64,000 nucleotides of DNA from Eledone cirrhosa (Eukaryota). Position 1 is the first letter of the stretch; every line of letters begins with the position of its first letter. Under the pieces are notes generated by a model. That model searched no databases, was not told the origin of the DNA, and saw nothing but the letters and a program-made list of their open reading frames with translations. This document shows positions 12,830 through 26,100 of the stretch, in pieces. The stretch is from assembly GCA_964016885.1 (NCBI GenBank), contig OZ024762.1:19220001-19284000 (forward strand), written 5' to 3'. The translations under genes and the position numbers were made by a program.

Positions 12830-14505
12830 AAGGAGAGCGAGGTTGGGGAATATGAGTGGTAGAGATGGGGGGGGAAGAAGGGAGTGAGGAGGTGGAGAAA
12901 GAGATTGGCGTTGAGAGAAAGCGAGAGGAAAGGAGAGTTTGAGAAGTAAGAAAAGAGAGACGGTGAGATAGAGAGAGAGTGAGTGTGTGAGAGGTAGGGG
13001 AGAGTCGGGAAAGAGGTAAAGAGAGAGAGACTGGGGTTGAGAGAAATTGTGAGGAAGAGGGAGAGGGGGTGGTAAGGGAAAGTTCGAAGAAAAGAGAGAC
13101 GGTGAGGTAGAGAGAGAGACGGTGAGGTAGAGAGAGAGAGAGAAGTAGAGAAAGAGAGGGAGGTAGTGAAAGTCAAAGGCCGTAGGAGAGAGGTTTATAA
13201 ATTGAATCAAAGACAGTAACATACATACAGAGAGAGAGGAGAACAGAGAGAAAGACACTGAGAGAAAGAGAGAGAGAGAGAAGTAGATAAAGTCAAAGGC
13301 CGGAGAAGAGCGGTTATAAATTGAATCAAAGATAGTAACATACATAGAGAGAGAGAGACCGATATAGAGAGAGACAGAGAAAGACAGATAGGGACCGAGA
13401 TAGAGAGACAGAGAAAGACAAAGAGAGGGGCCGATATAGAGAGACAGAGAAAGACAAAGAGAGGGGCCGAGATAGAGAGACAGAGAAAGAGAGGGGCCGA
13501 GATAGAGAGACAGAGAAAGACAAAGAGAAGGGCCGATATAGAGAGACAGAGAAAGACAAAGAGAGGGGCCGAGATAGAGAGACAGAGAAAGAGAGGGGCC
13601 GAGATAGAGAGACAGAGAAAGACAAAGAGAAGGGCCGAGATAGAGACAGAGAAAGACAAAGAGAGGGGCCGAGATAGAGAGACAGAGAAAGAGAGGGGCC
13701 GAGATAGAGAGACAGAGAAAGACAAAGAGAGGGGCCGAGATAGAGAAAGACAAAGAGAAGGGCCGAGATAGAGAGACAGAGAAAGACAAAGAGAAGGGCC
13801 GAGATAGAGACAGAGAAAGACAAAGAGAGGGGCCGAGATAGAGACAGAGAAAGACAAAGAGAGGGGTCGAGATAGAGAGACAGAGAAAGACAAAGAGAGA
13901 GACCGAGATAGACAGAGAAAGACAAAGAGAGAGACAGAGATAGAGACAGAGAAAGACAAAGAGAGGGGCCGAGATAGAGAGACAGAGAAAGACAAAGAGA
14001 GAGAAAGAGAGTGAGAGAGATAGCCAGAGGTCACCAAGTGAAGGTTTATCAGTAAAAGTGCTGATATCTCTATATCTGTGAGCCATGTTTCTCTTCTTGG
14101 ATCTCTCTATACTAAATAACAGAAAGAGAAACATGAAACCGAAAGTGATACAACGAACTTTGGGCTAAACTCTTTCTCTTTGTATTCTTTTTCATTCTTT
14201 TTCATTCTTTTTCATTCTTTTTCATTCTTTTTCATTCTTTTTCTTTCTTTTTCATTTTCTTTTTCATTCTTTCTTTTTCATTCTTTCTTTTTCATTCTTT
14301 CTTTTTCATTCTTTCTTTTTCATTCTTTTTCATTCTTTTTCATTCTTTTTCATTCTTTTTCATTCTTTTTCTTTCTTTTTCATTTTCTTTTTCATTCTTT
14401 CTTTTTCATTCTTTCTTTTTCATTCTTTCTTTTTCATTCTTTTTCATTCTTTTTCATTCTTTTTCTTTCTTTTTCATTCTTTCTTTTTCATACTTTTTCT
14501 TTCTT
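12830..14505. repeat. AG-rich satellite (~36-bp GAGATAGAGAGACAGAGAAAGACAAAGAGAGGGGCC unit, 13360-14010) and (TTTTCATTC)n-like tract (14180-14505)
   Basis: Direct reading. Confidence 0.9.
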
Positions 14506-14640
14506 TTCGCGTTACTATGGTGACTGTCACATTTAAACTGAGTGAGGGTGAAAAAGACGAAAAGATTTATATCTGAAAGTATGAATGGCAGCGACATTAC
14601 CAACGATTGACCAAACTTAGCTTTTTTTTACACACACACA

Positions 14641-14800
14641 TAATTGTTTCTACTTTTGGCACAAAACCAGCAATTACCCCAGTATATTGCTGGTGCTTTA
14701 TTTTATCGACCTCGGCGGGATTTGAACTCAGAACGTAAAGGGCTATAACTCTATGCTGCCAAGCATGTTATTTGACCCTCTACCGATACTGCCAATCCAT
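14641..14800 (-). mobile_element. tRNA-derived SINE (main family, Meta-domain-like)
   Basis: Minus strand head ttggcagtatcggtagagggtc, B box gagttcaaatccc, tail ttgtgccaaaagtagaaacaatta. Confidence 0.85.
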
Positions 14801-15334
14801 CATCCTTAACTTAATAATGACGTGTAGGTCAGTTGTATTACTAAACGCTTCCAAATTCTTATTTTCAAAATGTGAAAGGGTAAAAGTTTATATTTATCTG
14901 AAAACTTTTCATTATAATTTTTATGATAGAGCCTGAGGAAGGAACACCGCAATGTGGGGTGGCTGTTGCAGTAGGTGGGGTGGCTGTTGCGGTAGGTGGC
15001 GCTGCACATTGTCCGCGGAAATGCCTTTGCAGTTTTAGGCACATAATCCAGCACCCTCTCCCCCTCTATTGCTTCTGTGGCCCAAGAGTCCTTGCTTTTT
15101 CCCTCCTTTTCCTCTTATTTATGGCATTTATAGTTATTTCTTCTTCTTTCCCATACAGCCAGGGCTGCTCTCCTTTACCCTCCCCCCTTTTTGTTCATTA
15201 CTTAATTTTGTTTTTTTATCTTTTTCATTATTTCCATTATTGTATAACCTCTTATTTGTAATGTTATTTATATAACTGTGAATCTTTGCTAAGTTATATT
15301 CTAAACACCAACAAATTAATGAGAAAGTTAGTTA

Positions 15335-15429
15335 TCTATATACTACTAAAACTCTGTGATTGTGTGTTTGTCTGTAATTTAATACAACCAAAACGGCGCA
15401 TAATGAGAAATATATATACATACACACAC

Positions 15430-15482
<53 letters not shown>

Positions 15483-15515
15483 TGTGTATATATATATGGG
15501 CCTTCCAGTTTCATT

Positions 15516-15579
<64 letters not shown>

Positions 15580-15674
15580 TATATCTTAATTATTTAAAAA
15601 TAATTTTTAAGTGAATATGATTTACAAAAAATATATTTAAGTGAACGTGACTCAACGGGTCACGGGTGGTCTAG
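15335..15674 (+). mobile_element. Non-autonomous Helitron, copy 1
   Basis: 5' A|TCtatatactactaaaa; 3' hairpin cgtgactc-aac-gggtcacg followed by CTAG|T at 15671-15674. Confidence 0.75.
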
Positions 15675-15676
15675 TA

Positions 15677-16002
15677 TCCTACTAAAACTCTGTGATTGAG
15701 TATTGTCTGTAATTTAATACAGCCAAAACGGCGCATGATGAGAAATTACTTTGAAAGGAATTTGGCCCTGAAATGGGAATACAGATAGAATCAAACAACT
15801 TTCGCGTAAATAGGAGCATGGGTTCTCGTGATACGAGGTTTTTCCGGGTACTTTCATAAATAGAGAGAGAAAGAAAGAGATAGTGGCTGTGAGAGAGTAG
15901 ATTGGGAGAGAGAGAGGGCAATAAAAATTATTTTTAAGTGAACATGATTTTTTTTAAAATATCTTTAAGTGAACGTGAACAAACGGGTCACTTGTGGTCT
16001 AG
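15677..16002 (+). mobile_element. Non-autonomous Helitron, copy 2 (head-to-tail with copy 1)
   Basis: Starts TCctactaaaactctgtgattg; ends gtgaacaaacgggtcac...CTAG|T at 15999-16002. Confidence 0.75.
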
Positions 16003-16142
16003 TTTTTAACTAAAGTTTCCCAGCCTGATTATTTTCAAATAGATCTGAAAACCTTTAAGCAGTTTATTTCATTAGAAAGGAGAGGAGAGGAATTTTTAAA
16101 ATGCCCTAGAAACGCTGCATATCAACACGGCGTCCCTATGTC

Positions 16143-16428
16143 TCTTTTAGAAGTTACAGGTCTATAAGGGAAGGAATGAAAGGGGTTAACTTCTTTAGAA
16201 GTTACGGTACTATAAGGACAGCAATGAAAGGGTTAACTTCTTTAGAAGTGACGGTACTATAAGGAAAGGAATTAAGGGGTTAACTTCTTTAGAAGTTACG
16301 GTACTATAAGGAACGGAATTAAGGGGTTAACTTCTTTAGATGTTACGGTACTATATGGGAATGAATGAAAGGGTTAACTTCTTTAGAAGTTACGGTATTA
16401 TAAGCAAAGGAATAAAAGGGTTAACTTT
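16143..16428. repeat. 47-bp minisatellite, ~6 copies
   Basis: ttaactt recurs at 16186, 16233, 16280, 16327, 16374 and 16421. Confidence 0.9.
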
Positions 16429-16572
16429 ATAAGAAAAACTGATCGTGTTATCAATCTATAAGCAAAGAGAAGCAACGAGATTCTTCGCTTCATAAATATA
16501 GTAACGATTGAAACGGAAACACGAAACCGTAAACGATACAATACGTTGGCCAAATGTCTTTTTTTTTTTACC

Positions 16573-16621
<49 letters not shown>

Positions 16622-17185
16622 ATGTATGTATGTATGTATATTTCTTTATTTGTCAAGCTGCTATGGTAACTGTCTTGAAGTTGGAACTATTTGCCATTGA
16701 ACGGCTTCAAGTTAACTTACTAGTTCTGTCATTGTGAATGACAGAAATTCTCTTCAGTTCTACTTCTACAGCTACTTCAGTTCTTTCGTGCCAGATTTAG
16801 GGAAGATGGTTGAGGTGGTGGTGGTGGTGGTGGTGGTGGCGGTTACGGTGGTGTGACGGTGGTTGCGGTTACGGTGGTGTGACGGTGGTTGTGGTGGTGG
16901 TAACGGTGACAATGACGATGGTTGTGGTGGTGAGGGTGGTGACGATGGTTGTGGCGGTAACGGTGGCGATGGTGGTGGTGACGATGGTGGTGATGGTGGT
17001 TGTGGTGGTGAGGGTGGCGACGATGGTGGTGATGGTGGTTGTGGTGGTGAGGGTGGCGATGTTGGTGTGGGTACATGGGCGCTGGAGAGAATGAAAAGTG
17101 TTGGTATATATGTATTTGCGTAAGTATGATAAATATAGAGGGCGTGGGTGTGTTTGTGGTTATATATGTATATTGCGTGTGTGTG

Positions 17186-17247
<62 letters not shown>

Positions 17248-17384
17248 AACATATATATATATATACATATATATATATAAACATATATATATATACATAT
17301 ATATATATAAACATATATATATACATATATATATATACATATATATATACATATATATATATATACATATTTATATATATATAC

Positions 17385-17465
<81 letters not shown>

Positions 17466-17696
17466 CATATATATATATGTATACATATATATATATGTAT
17501 ACATATATGTATATATACATATATACATATATATATATATACATATGTATATATATATATACACACACACAGACACACATATATATATATATATACATAT
17601 ATGTGTGTGTGTGTGTGATTTTATCTGTCGCGAATACATAAATATCAAAAACGATTTGACAAGAAGATATAGAAACATTACTACTACTACTACTAT

Positions 17697-17750
<54 letters not shown>

Positions 17751-17999
17751 GATTATCATTGTTACCATTATTACTATTGTTATTGTTATTAGACAGTGTG
17801 CAGAGATAAAAAGAAAAGTTAAGCTAGTCCGATCCTTTTTTCCCCTATTTTTCTTTAAAATATATGTATATCAAGCAAAAAGAAAATCCCCGTCCTACAT
17901 CATTCTTAAAGTGCCACATCCTGTTATATTACAAATGTATAGGACAGCCAATGGCAAACTGCGGCCTGTTCGGCTTTCTGAATGGCACACCTAATTTGA

Positions 18000-18500
18000 A
18001 AATTGTCTTAGTGCGTAGCTCGGAGATCAGAGAGTCACTCCAGGTAGAGCTGCTACTTCTATGAATTGAGAGATCACAGCTCCGATACTACGGACATGTG
18101 GTTAGAATGTCGCTGGACAGATTTGTAGCTCAGATATCAGAGCGTTGCTCCTGGTAGAGCCACTACTCCGAATTGAGAGATCACAGCTCCGATACTATGG
18201 ACATGTGGTTAGAATGTCTCAGGAAAGAATCGCTGGACAGATTTGTAGCTCAGATATCATAGAGTCGCTCCTGGTAGAGCCACTACTCCGAATTGAGAGA
18301 TCACAGCTCCGATACTATGGACATGTGGTTAGAATGTCTCAGGAAAGAATCGCTGGACAGATTTGTAGCTCAGATATCATAGAGTCGCTCCTGGTAGAGT
18401 CACTACTCCGAATTGAGAGATCACAGCTCCGATACTATGGACATGTAGTTAGAATGTCTCAGGAAAGAATCACTGGACAGATTTGTAGCTCAGATATCAG
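18000..18500 (+). mobile_element. RTE-type LINE C-terminal fragment amplified as a 120-bp tandem repeat (~4 copies)
   Basis: Translates EIRESLQVELLL..RIERSQLRYYGHVVRMSQERI, matching the RTE post-RT motif (LRW.GHV.RM); atttgtagct at 18121, 18241, 18361 and 18481. Confidence 0.85.
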
Positions 18501-19540
18501 ATATCACTACGTGTGTAGTGGTGGTAGTGGTGTGTGTTTGTGGGGGTAGTGGTGTTTTTGGTGGTAGTGGGGTGTGTTTGTGGTGGTAGTTGTGTGTGCT
18601 TGCGGTGGTAGTGTTAGTAGTGGTGTGTGTTTGTGGTGGTAGTCGTGTGTGTTTGTGGTGGTAGTGGTATTTTTGGTGGTAGTGGGGGGTGTTTGTGGTG
18701 TTTGTGGTGGTAGTTGTGTGTGCTTGCGGTGGTAGTGTTAGTAGTGGTGTGTGTTTGTGGTGGTAGTGGTGTGTGTTTGTGGTGGTAGTGGTGTTTTTGG
18801 TGGTAGTGGTGTTTTTGGTGGTAGTGGGGTGTGTTTGTGGTGTTTGTGGTGGTAGTTGTGTGTGCTTGCGGTGGTAGTGTTAGTAGTGGTGTGTGTTTGT
18901 GGTGGTAGTGGTGTGTGTTTGTGGTGGTAGTGGTGTTTTTGGTGGTAGTGGGGTGTGTTTGTGGTGTTTGTGGTGGTAGTTGTGTGTGCTTGCGGTGGTA
19001 GTGTTAGTAGTGGTGTGTGTTTGTGGTGGTAGTGGTGTGTGTTTGTGGTGTTTGTGGTGTTTGTAGTGGTAGTGGGGTGTGTTTGTGGTGTTTGTGGTGT
19101 TTGTAGTGGTAGTGGGGTGTTTGTGGTGGTAGTGGTGTGTTTGTGATGGTAGTCGGGTGTGTTAATGGTGGTAGTCGGGGTGTGAGTGGTGGTGGGTTTT
19201 GTGGTGGTAGTTGGGTATTTGTGGTGGTAGTGGGGTGGTGGTAGTGGTGTTTGTGGTGGTAGTGGTGTGTGTTGTGGTGGTGGTTGTGGTGTTTGTGGTG
19301 TGTGTGTGGGAGGGATGCGGTTCACATATCATGTTATTAGATCTGTGCTATTTCTTCTACCGTAACACTCTTGACTACTTATGAAGCTGTCCTCATGTCC
19401 ACAGATAACATGTCTACTTACGTCTCCTCTCTCAACATGGCTAAACTACTTACAAATGTCTCGATAACGATAAGTTTTTAATTGTCTAACAGAACATCAG
19501 GGCCGTACAATTAACTCTTAAGTAACTGAGGGTTTCACAA

Positions 19541-20975
19541 ACCCTTTACCATTTACATTACTCTATATATACTATTGTATTTTCATGGTAAAGGCTTTAC
19601 CTCACATAATGTCACATACCATTTACATTACTCTATATATACTATTGTATGTTCATGGTAAAGGCTTTACCTCACATAATATGTCACATAACATTCACAT
19701 TACTCTATATATACTACTGTATTTTCATGGTAAAGGCTTTACCTCACATAATATGTCACATACCATTTACGTTACTCTATATATACTATTGTATTTTCAT
19801 GGTAAAGGCTTTACCTCACATAATATGTCACATACCATTTACATTACTCTATATATACTATTGTATTTTCATGGTAAAGTATTTACCTCACATAATATGT
19901 CACATACCATTTACATTACTCTATATATACTATTGTATTTTCATGGTAAAGGCTTTACCTCACATAATATGTCACATACCATTTACATTACTCTATATAT
20001 ACTATTGTATTTTCATGGTAAAGGCTTTACCTCACATAATATGTCACATAACATTCACATTACTCTATATATACTATTGCATTTTCATGGTAAAGGCTTT
20101 ACCTCACATAATATGTCACATACCATTTACGTTACTCTATATATACTATTGTATGTTCATGGTAAAGGCTTTACCTCACATAATATGTCACATACCATTT
20201 ACGTTACTCTATATATACTACTGTATTTTCATGGTAAAGGCTTTACCTCACATAATATGTCACATACCATTTACATTACTCTATATATACTATTGTATTT
20301 TCATGGTAAAGGCTTTACCTCACATAATATGTCACATACCATTTACATTACTCTATATATACTATTGTATTTTCATGGTAAAGTATTTACCTCACATAAT
20401 ATGTCACATACCATTTACATTACTCTATATATACTATTGTATTTTCATGGTAACGTATTTACCTCACATAATATGTCACATACCATTTACATTACTCTAT
20501 ATATACTATTGTATTTTCATGGTAAAGGCTTTACCTCACATAATATGTCACATACCATTTACGTTACTCTATATATACTATTGTATTTTCATGGTAAAGG
20601 CTTTACCCCACATAATATGTCACATACCATTTACATTACTCTATATATACTATTGTATTTTCATGGTAAAGGCTTTACCCCACATAATATGTCACATACC
20701 ATTTACATTACTCTATATATACTATTGTATTTTCATGGTAAAGGCTTTACCTCACATAATATCCCACATAACATTTACATTACTCTATATATACTATTGT
20801 ATTTTCATGGTAAAGGCTTTACCTTACATGATATCTCAAATAATATTAAATCTATGAGATTTTGATATTATTTATTTTCAGAACAATATCTTAACATCAG
20901 TATCTTAACATCAGTATGAGCAGCTGGTTAAAACCGGTTTGAACAAAAAGAGGTGAGAGAATTCTGGCCAGATAC
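19541..20975 (+). repeat. 72-bp minisatellite (~18 copies) expanded inside a piggyBac-like MITE
   Basis: The unit and the downstream 20845-20970 match the MITE at 43723-43929; ORFs 19585..20865 and 19649..20857 are 24-aa repeat translations. Confidence 0.9.
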
Positions 20976-21277
20976 GGTATTAGGATTGGTGCTCTGAAAT
21001 AGCGATGTATACATGAATGTATGTATAGTATATTTGGCAATATACCGTTACTATACATACATTCATATATATATATATATATATATTATACACACCATGT
21101 TTCGAGATTGCTACCCGTTACAGCCTACCTAGGCCACCCGTGGAATCCGAGACCGGTCTATTCCGGGCTGCAGGATTTCCATTCCCACGCATGGGAGGTC
21201 GGCTGAGTTGTATCGGCCTTTACATTTTCTCTTGGATGACAATATATATACAGGGTGTATATATATAGTGTATATAT

Positions 21278-21446
21278 AATTGTTTCTACTTTAGGCACAA
21301 GGCCAGCAATTACCCAGTACATTACTGGTACTTTATTTTATCGACCCCGTAAGGAATGAAAGGCAAAGTCAACCTCGGCGGGATTTGAACTCAGATCGTA
21401 AAGGGACGTAACTATGCTGGAAAGCATGGCGTCCGACCCTCTACCG
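21278..21446 (-). mobile_element. tRNA-derived SINE (main family)
   Basis: Close match to 44101-44290. Confidence 0.9.
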
Positions 21447-21624
21447 TACGTTATTCCGGGTTGAATCGGAGGTAACCACAGTAAGTAAGTTACTCAATAC
21501 ATTGCAGAGTATAAAAGTTTTAATATAGATGAGATTCTACAGGACTAGAACTGTTTCATTCTTTAGAAATCATATTTCTGATGATTTCTAAAGAATGAAA
21601 TAGTTCTAGTCCTGTAGAATCTCA

Positions 21625-21631
<7 letters not shown>
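21446..21631. mobile_element. Foldback HHR element family E
   Basis: Inverted arms ~21523-21573 and 21581-21631; plus HHR CTGATGA 21578-21584, GAAA 21597-21600, tag...ctg-TA-gaat; minus-strand tail tactc...gagtaac at 21511-21489. Confidence 0.8.
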
Positions 21632-21664
<33 letters not shown>

Positions 21665-21668
<4 letters not shown>

Positions 21669-21870
21669 GTGTGACGTCACTAGTGCCAAGCTGTATCCGC
21701 CATTGCCTTTCCCTTGAACAACTTCAGTGGCGTGGAGAGAGGAGATTGGTGTACACGGGTGACTACTGGTCTTTCACAAACAACCTTGCCTGGACTTGTA
21801 CCTCGCAGGGGAACTTTCTAGGTGCCAATCCCATGTTTCTTCGTAACCGAAGGGGTTCTTTACCCTTACC
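21665..21870 (+). mobile_element. Probable SINE 3' part
   Basis: actagtgccaagctgtatc...gactactggtctttcacaaacaaccttgcctggacttg...gggaactttctaggtg ending in (ttaccc) repeats; recalled as a cephalopod SINE tail. Confidence 0.5.
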
Positions 21871-22509
21871 CTTTACGTATAAATAACTTGCGTATAGATA
21901 ACTTGCGTATAAATAATTTCAAAGAGCAGTTTAAATTTTCACGTTGCTCGAATAGCTGGAACACTCGTCGTCGCTACCGACGAAAGTCCGCTGGCCAACA
22001 CCAAATGTTCTGGTCTCGAATCAAAAGAAATTCTATCTATAAATATTTTCTGATTTTTTTTTTCCTGTCTAATATTAACGTTATTCCATAAAAAAAAATA
22101 CTTGAATAAATTGATTAATATCAATAAACGAGAAATTGATTTTTCATTTTTTTATTTTATTTTATTTTATTTTTTCACCTTTTTTTTCTCTTTTTTTCTT
22201 CATATTTTTTTTTTTTTTTCTCATTTGGTACATTGCCAGTTTTCTGAAAGAAGTATATAATCAATGAATTGACTCTAGATGTTGTTGTCTTTTTACTTGT
22301 TGGGGCTGGTAGAGCAACATTCTCTGTAATCTGCGCCAGCATGGTTGCTTGGGTGCACTGCCCCGCTTGTCAAAATGTTGCTGCTCAGTGATGGTGGAAG
22401 GAGAAAGAGATCCGTCCCCATGGCTTTCACAGGCTCTTCCAGAAGATGGTATCAGCAATGAAAAGTCCAATGAAACTATCGGTCGCTCTCGACAGGTTTG
22501 CAGTCGAGC

Positions 22510-22792
22510 CCCTAGCAATGGAGGCTTCTGGTGTCCTTGGCCCTAAGGCCACCTCTCTACTCACCACCATAGGTGCTGAGCTGGCTACCCCTAACAGTGG
22601 AGACTTCTGGTGTCCTTGGCCCTAAGGCTACCTCTCTTTTCACCATCATAGGTGCTGAGCTGGCTACCCCTAACAGTGGAGACTTCTGGTATCCTTGGCT
22701 CTAAGGCCACCTCTCTACTCACCACCATAGGTGCTGAGCTGGCTACCCCTAGCAGTGGAGACTTCTGGTATCCTTGGCTCTAAGGCCACCTC
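22510..22792. repeat. 79-bp GC-rich tandem repeat, ~3.5 copies
   Basis: ctggt(g/a)tccttggc at 22528, 22607, 22686 and 22765. Confidence 0.9.
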
Positions 22793-23129
22793 CCTAACCA
22801 TCCTCCTGGAAAACTCATCTCTATTTTGTCCGCCGAAGCCATGGGGCGGCCAGCACGTGGGACCCCATTTTCTGATAATAGTGAGAGGAAGGCTGAGACG
22901 GGGGCGATGACAGTGGGAGTTTGGCTCTTCTGTGCTCGGACCTTATGTACAGGTATGTGTATTTTTACACTATCCACCATTATGTATTTCGTTTTACTTT
23001 TCCCACAACCCAAGATGGTTGATCCGATCTAAAGTTGTTCACTACTAGAAGATGAGGGGCTGAAGTTGGGGCTCTCACTGTTAGGATGTAAGGAGTTAAG
23101 GCCCGAAACATATGTTACATGAGGCGAGA

Positions 23130-26100
23130 GGGTGGTGGTGTTAGTGGTGGTGGTGTTGGTGGTGGTGTCAGTGGTGGTGGTGGTGTCAGTTGTGGAGTTG
23201 TTGGTGGTGTCAGTTGTGGAGTTGTTGGTGGTGCAGTGGTGGTGGTGTCAGTGGTGGTGGTGGTGTCAGTGGTGGTGTCAGTGGTGGTGGTGGTGTCAGT
23301 GGTGGTGGTGTCAGTGGTGTTGTTAGTGGTGGTGGTGGTGTCAGTTGTGGAGTTGTTGGTGGTGCAGTGGTTGTCAGTGGTGGTGGTGGTTGTCAGTGGT
23401 GTCAGTTGTGGAGTTGTTGGTGGTGCAGTGGTGGTGGTGGTGTCAGTGGTGTCAGTGTCAGTGGTGGTGGTGGTGGTGTCAGTTGTGGAGTTGTTGGTGG
23501 TGTCAGTGGTGGTGGTGTCAGTGGTGTCAGTGTCAGTGGTGGTGTCAGTGGTGGTGGTGGTGTCAGTTGTGGTGTCAGTGGTGGTGGTGGTGTCAGTTGT
23601 GGTGTCAGTGGTGGTGGTGGTGGTGTCAGTTGTGGTGTCAGTGGTGGTGTCAGTGGTGGTGGTGGTGTCAGTTGTGGTGTCAGTGGTGGTGGTGGTGGTG
23701 TCAGTTGTGGTGTCAGTGGTGGTGGTGGTGTCAGTGGTGGTGGTGGTGTCAGTTGTGGTGTCAGTGGTGGTGGTGGTGGTGTCAGTTGTGGTGTCAGTGG
23801 TGGTGGTGGTGGTGTCAGTTGTGGTGTCAGTGGTGGTGGTGGTGTCAGTGGTGGTGGTGGTGTCAGTTGTGGTGTCAGTGGTGGTGGTGGTGGTGTCAGT
23901 TGTGGTGTCAGTGGTGGTGTCAGTGGTGGTGGTGGTGTCAGTTGTGGTGTCAGTGGTGGTGGTGGTGGTGTCAGTTGTGGTGTCAGTGGTGGTGGTGGTG
24001 TCAGTGGTGGTGGTGGTGGTGGTGGTGTCAGTTGTGGTGTCAGTGGTGGTGGTGGTGGTGGTGTCAGTTGTGGTGTCAGTGGTGGTGGTGGTGTCAGTGG
24101 TGGTGGTGGTGGTGGTGGTGTCAGTGGTGGTGTCAGTGGTGGTGGTGGTGGTGTCAGTTGTGGTGTCAGTGGTGGTGGTGGTGGTGTCAGTTGTGGTGGT
24201 GGTGTCAGTGGTGGTGGTGGTGGTGGTGGTGTCAGTTGTGGTGTCAGTGGTGGTGGTGGTGGTGTCAGTTGTGGTGTCAGTGGTGGTGGTGGTGGTGTCA
24301 GTTGTGGTGTCAGTGGTGGTGGTGGTGTCAGTGGTGGTGTCAGTGGTGGTGGTGGTGTCAGTGGTGGTGGTGGTGGTGGTGGTGGTGTCAGTTGTGGTGT
24401 CAGTGGTGGTGGTGGTGGTGTCAGTTGTGGTGTCAGTGGTGGTGTCAGTGGTGGTGGTGGTGTCAGTTGTGGTGTCAGTGGTGGTGGTGGTGGTGTGTCT
24501 TCACTACAGAGGATGACGTGATGAAGATATCTCTATTTCCGTCTACGTCAGTCTAAAACATGATACCAGAAATACGGCAGAAGTTAAAGACGTGTTGATA
24601 GGGCTGGCTTGTGATACTGGTGGTGGGGTGGTGGTGGTGTGGTGATACTGGTGGTTGGGTGGTGGTGGTGGGGTGGTGTGGTGGTGGTGGTGGTGGTGGC
24701 GTTATCAGCGTGGTGTGGTGGTGGTGGTGTGGTGGTGGTGGTGGTGGCGTTATCAGCGTGGTGTGGTGGTGGTGGTGTGGTGGTGGCATTAGCAGCGTGG
24801 TGTGGTGGTGGTGGGATGGTGGTGGTGGCGTTAGCAGCGTGGTGTGGTGGTGGTGGCATTAGCAGCGTGGTGTGGTGGTGGTGTGCTGGTGATATGGTGG
24901 GGTGGTGGTGGCATTAGCAGCGTGGTGTGGTGGTGGTGGCATTAGCAGTGTGGTGATAGTGGTGGTGTGGTGGTGGTGTGCTGGTGATATGGTGGTGATA
25001 GTGGTGGCGGGAGTGATGTAGTGTGGGAGGAGGTATTAGTAGGGTGGTGGTGGTGGTAATAGTCATGGTAGGGTGGGGGTAGCGTTAGCATGAGGGGGGT
25101 GGTGATAGCATGAGCAGAGTGGTGGAGTGGGGTGGTGATGGTAGCATGAGCAGGTTCGTGCGGGTCGGGTGGTGAGAGGGGTAGGCTGATGGGGTGGGAG
25201 TGGTGATGGTGGTGATAGCATTAGTGGGGTGAGGTGGGGGTGGGGTGGTGATGATAGCAATAGCAGGTTGGTGGTGGTGGAGATTGGGTGGTGGGGGGGG
25301 GGGGGGGGGTGATGCAGTTGTTGTTGATGATGATGATGGTGGTGGTGGTGAGAGTCGTGGAGGTGGCGGTGGTAGTGTTGATGATGGTGGCGAGGGTCGT
25401 GGTGGTGGATAGAGGTGTGGAGGTGTTGATGATGGTGGAGGTGGTCAGTTAAGGGTGGGGTGTTGATGGCAGTGGTGGTGGGGGTGGGGTGGTGATGATG
25501 GCAATAGCAGGTTGGTGGTGGTGGAGATTGGGTGGGGGGGGGGTGATGCAGTTGTTGTTGATGATGATGATGATAGTGGTGGTGAGAGTCGTGGAGGTGG
25601 CGGTGGTAGTGTTGATGATGGTGGCGAGGGTCGTGGTGGTGGATAGAGGTGTGGAGGTGTTGATGATGGTGGAGGTGGTCAGTTAAGGGTGGGGTGTTGA
25701 TGGCGGTGGTGGTGGGGGGTGACGGAGGTGTTGATGATGGTGATGGTGGTGGTTAATTATGATGATGATGATGATGATGATAGTGGTGGAGGTGTTGATG
25801 GTGGCAGTGTTGATGATGATGATGATGGTGGTGTTGATTTGGGGGATGATAATGGTCACACACCATATATATATATGCAGAGAGAGAGAGAGATAAGACG
25901 TCGTGGAATGCAAATGAAGTTCATAATACATGTCTGTGAGGGTGAGAGGTGCCTCCAGCAGAGCTGTCCTACCTTCTGACACTGTAACACCACACCACAC
26001 TGCTCCACCACACCACACTGCTCCACCACACCACACCACCAACACTGCTCCACCACACCACCAACACTGCTCCACCACACCACACCACCAACACTGCTCC

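Noticed and set aside
14925-15045. CTGAGGA...GAAAtgcct/aggca possible extended HHR
   Set aside because: No stem I and no UH cleavage site.
21082-21240. GC-rich island with minus-strand GAAAcatg; similar half motifs near 40025 and 40355
   Set aside because: No CTGANGA partner found, so it cannot be called an HHR.
22780-23013. ORF starting MGCGKSK (myristoylation-like)
   Set aside because: The first codon is TTG, not ATG, so the motif comes from the ORF caller.
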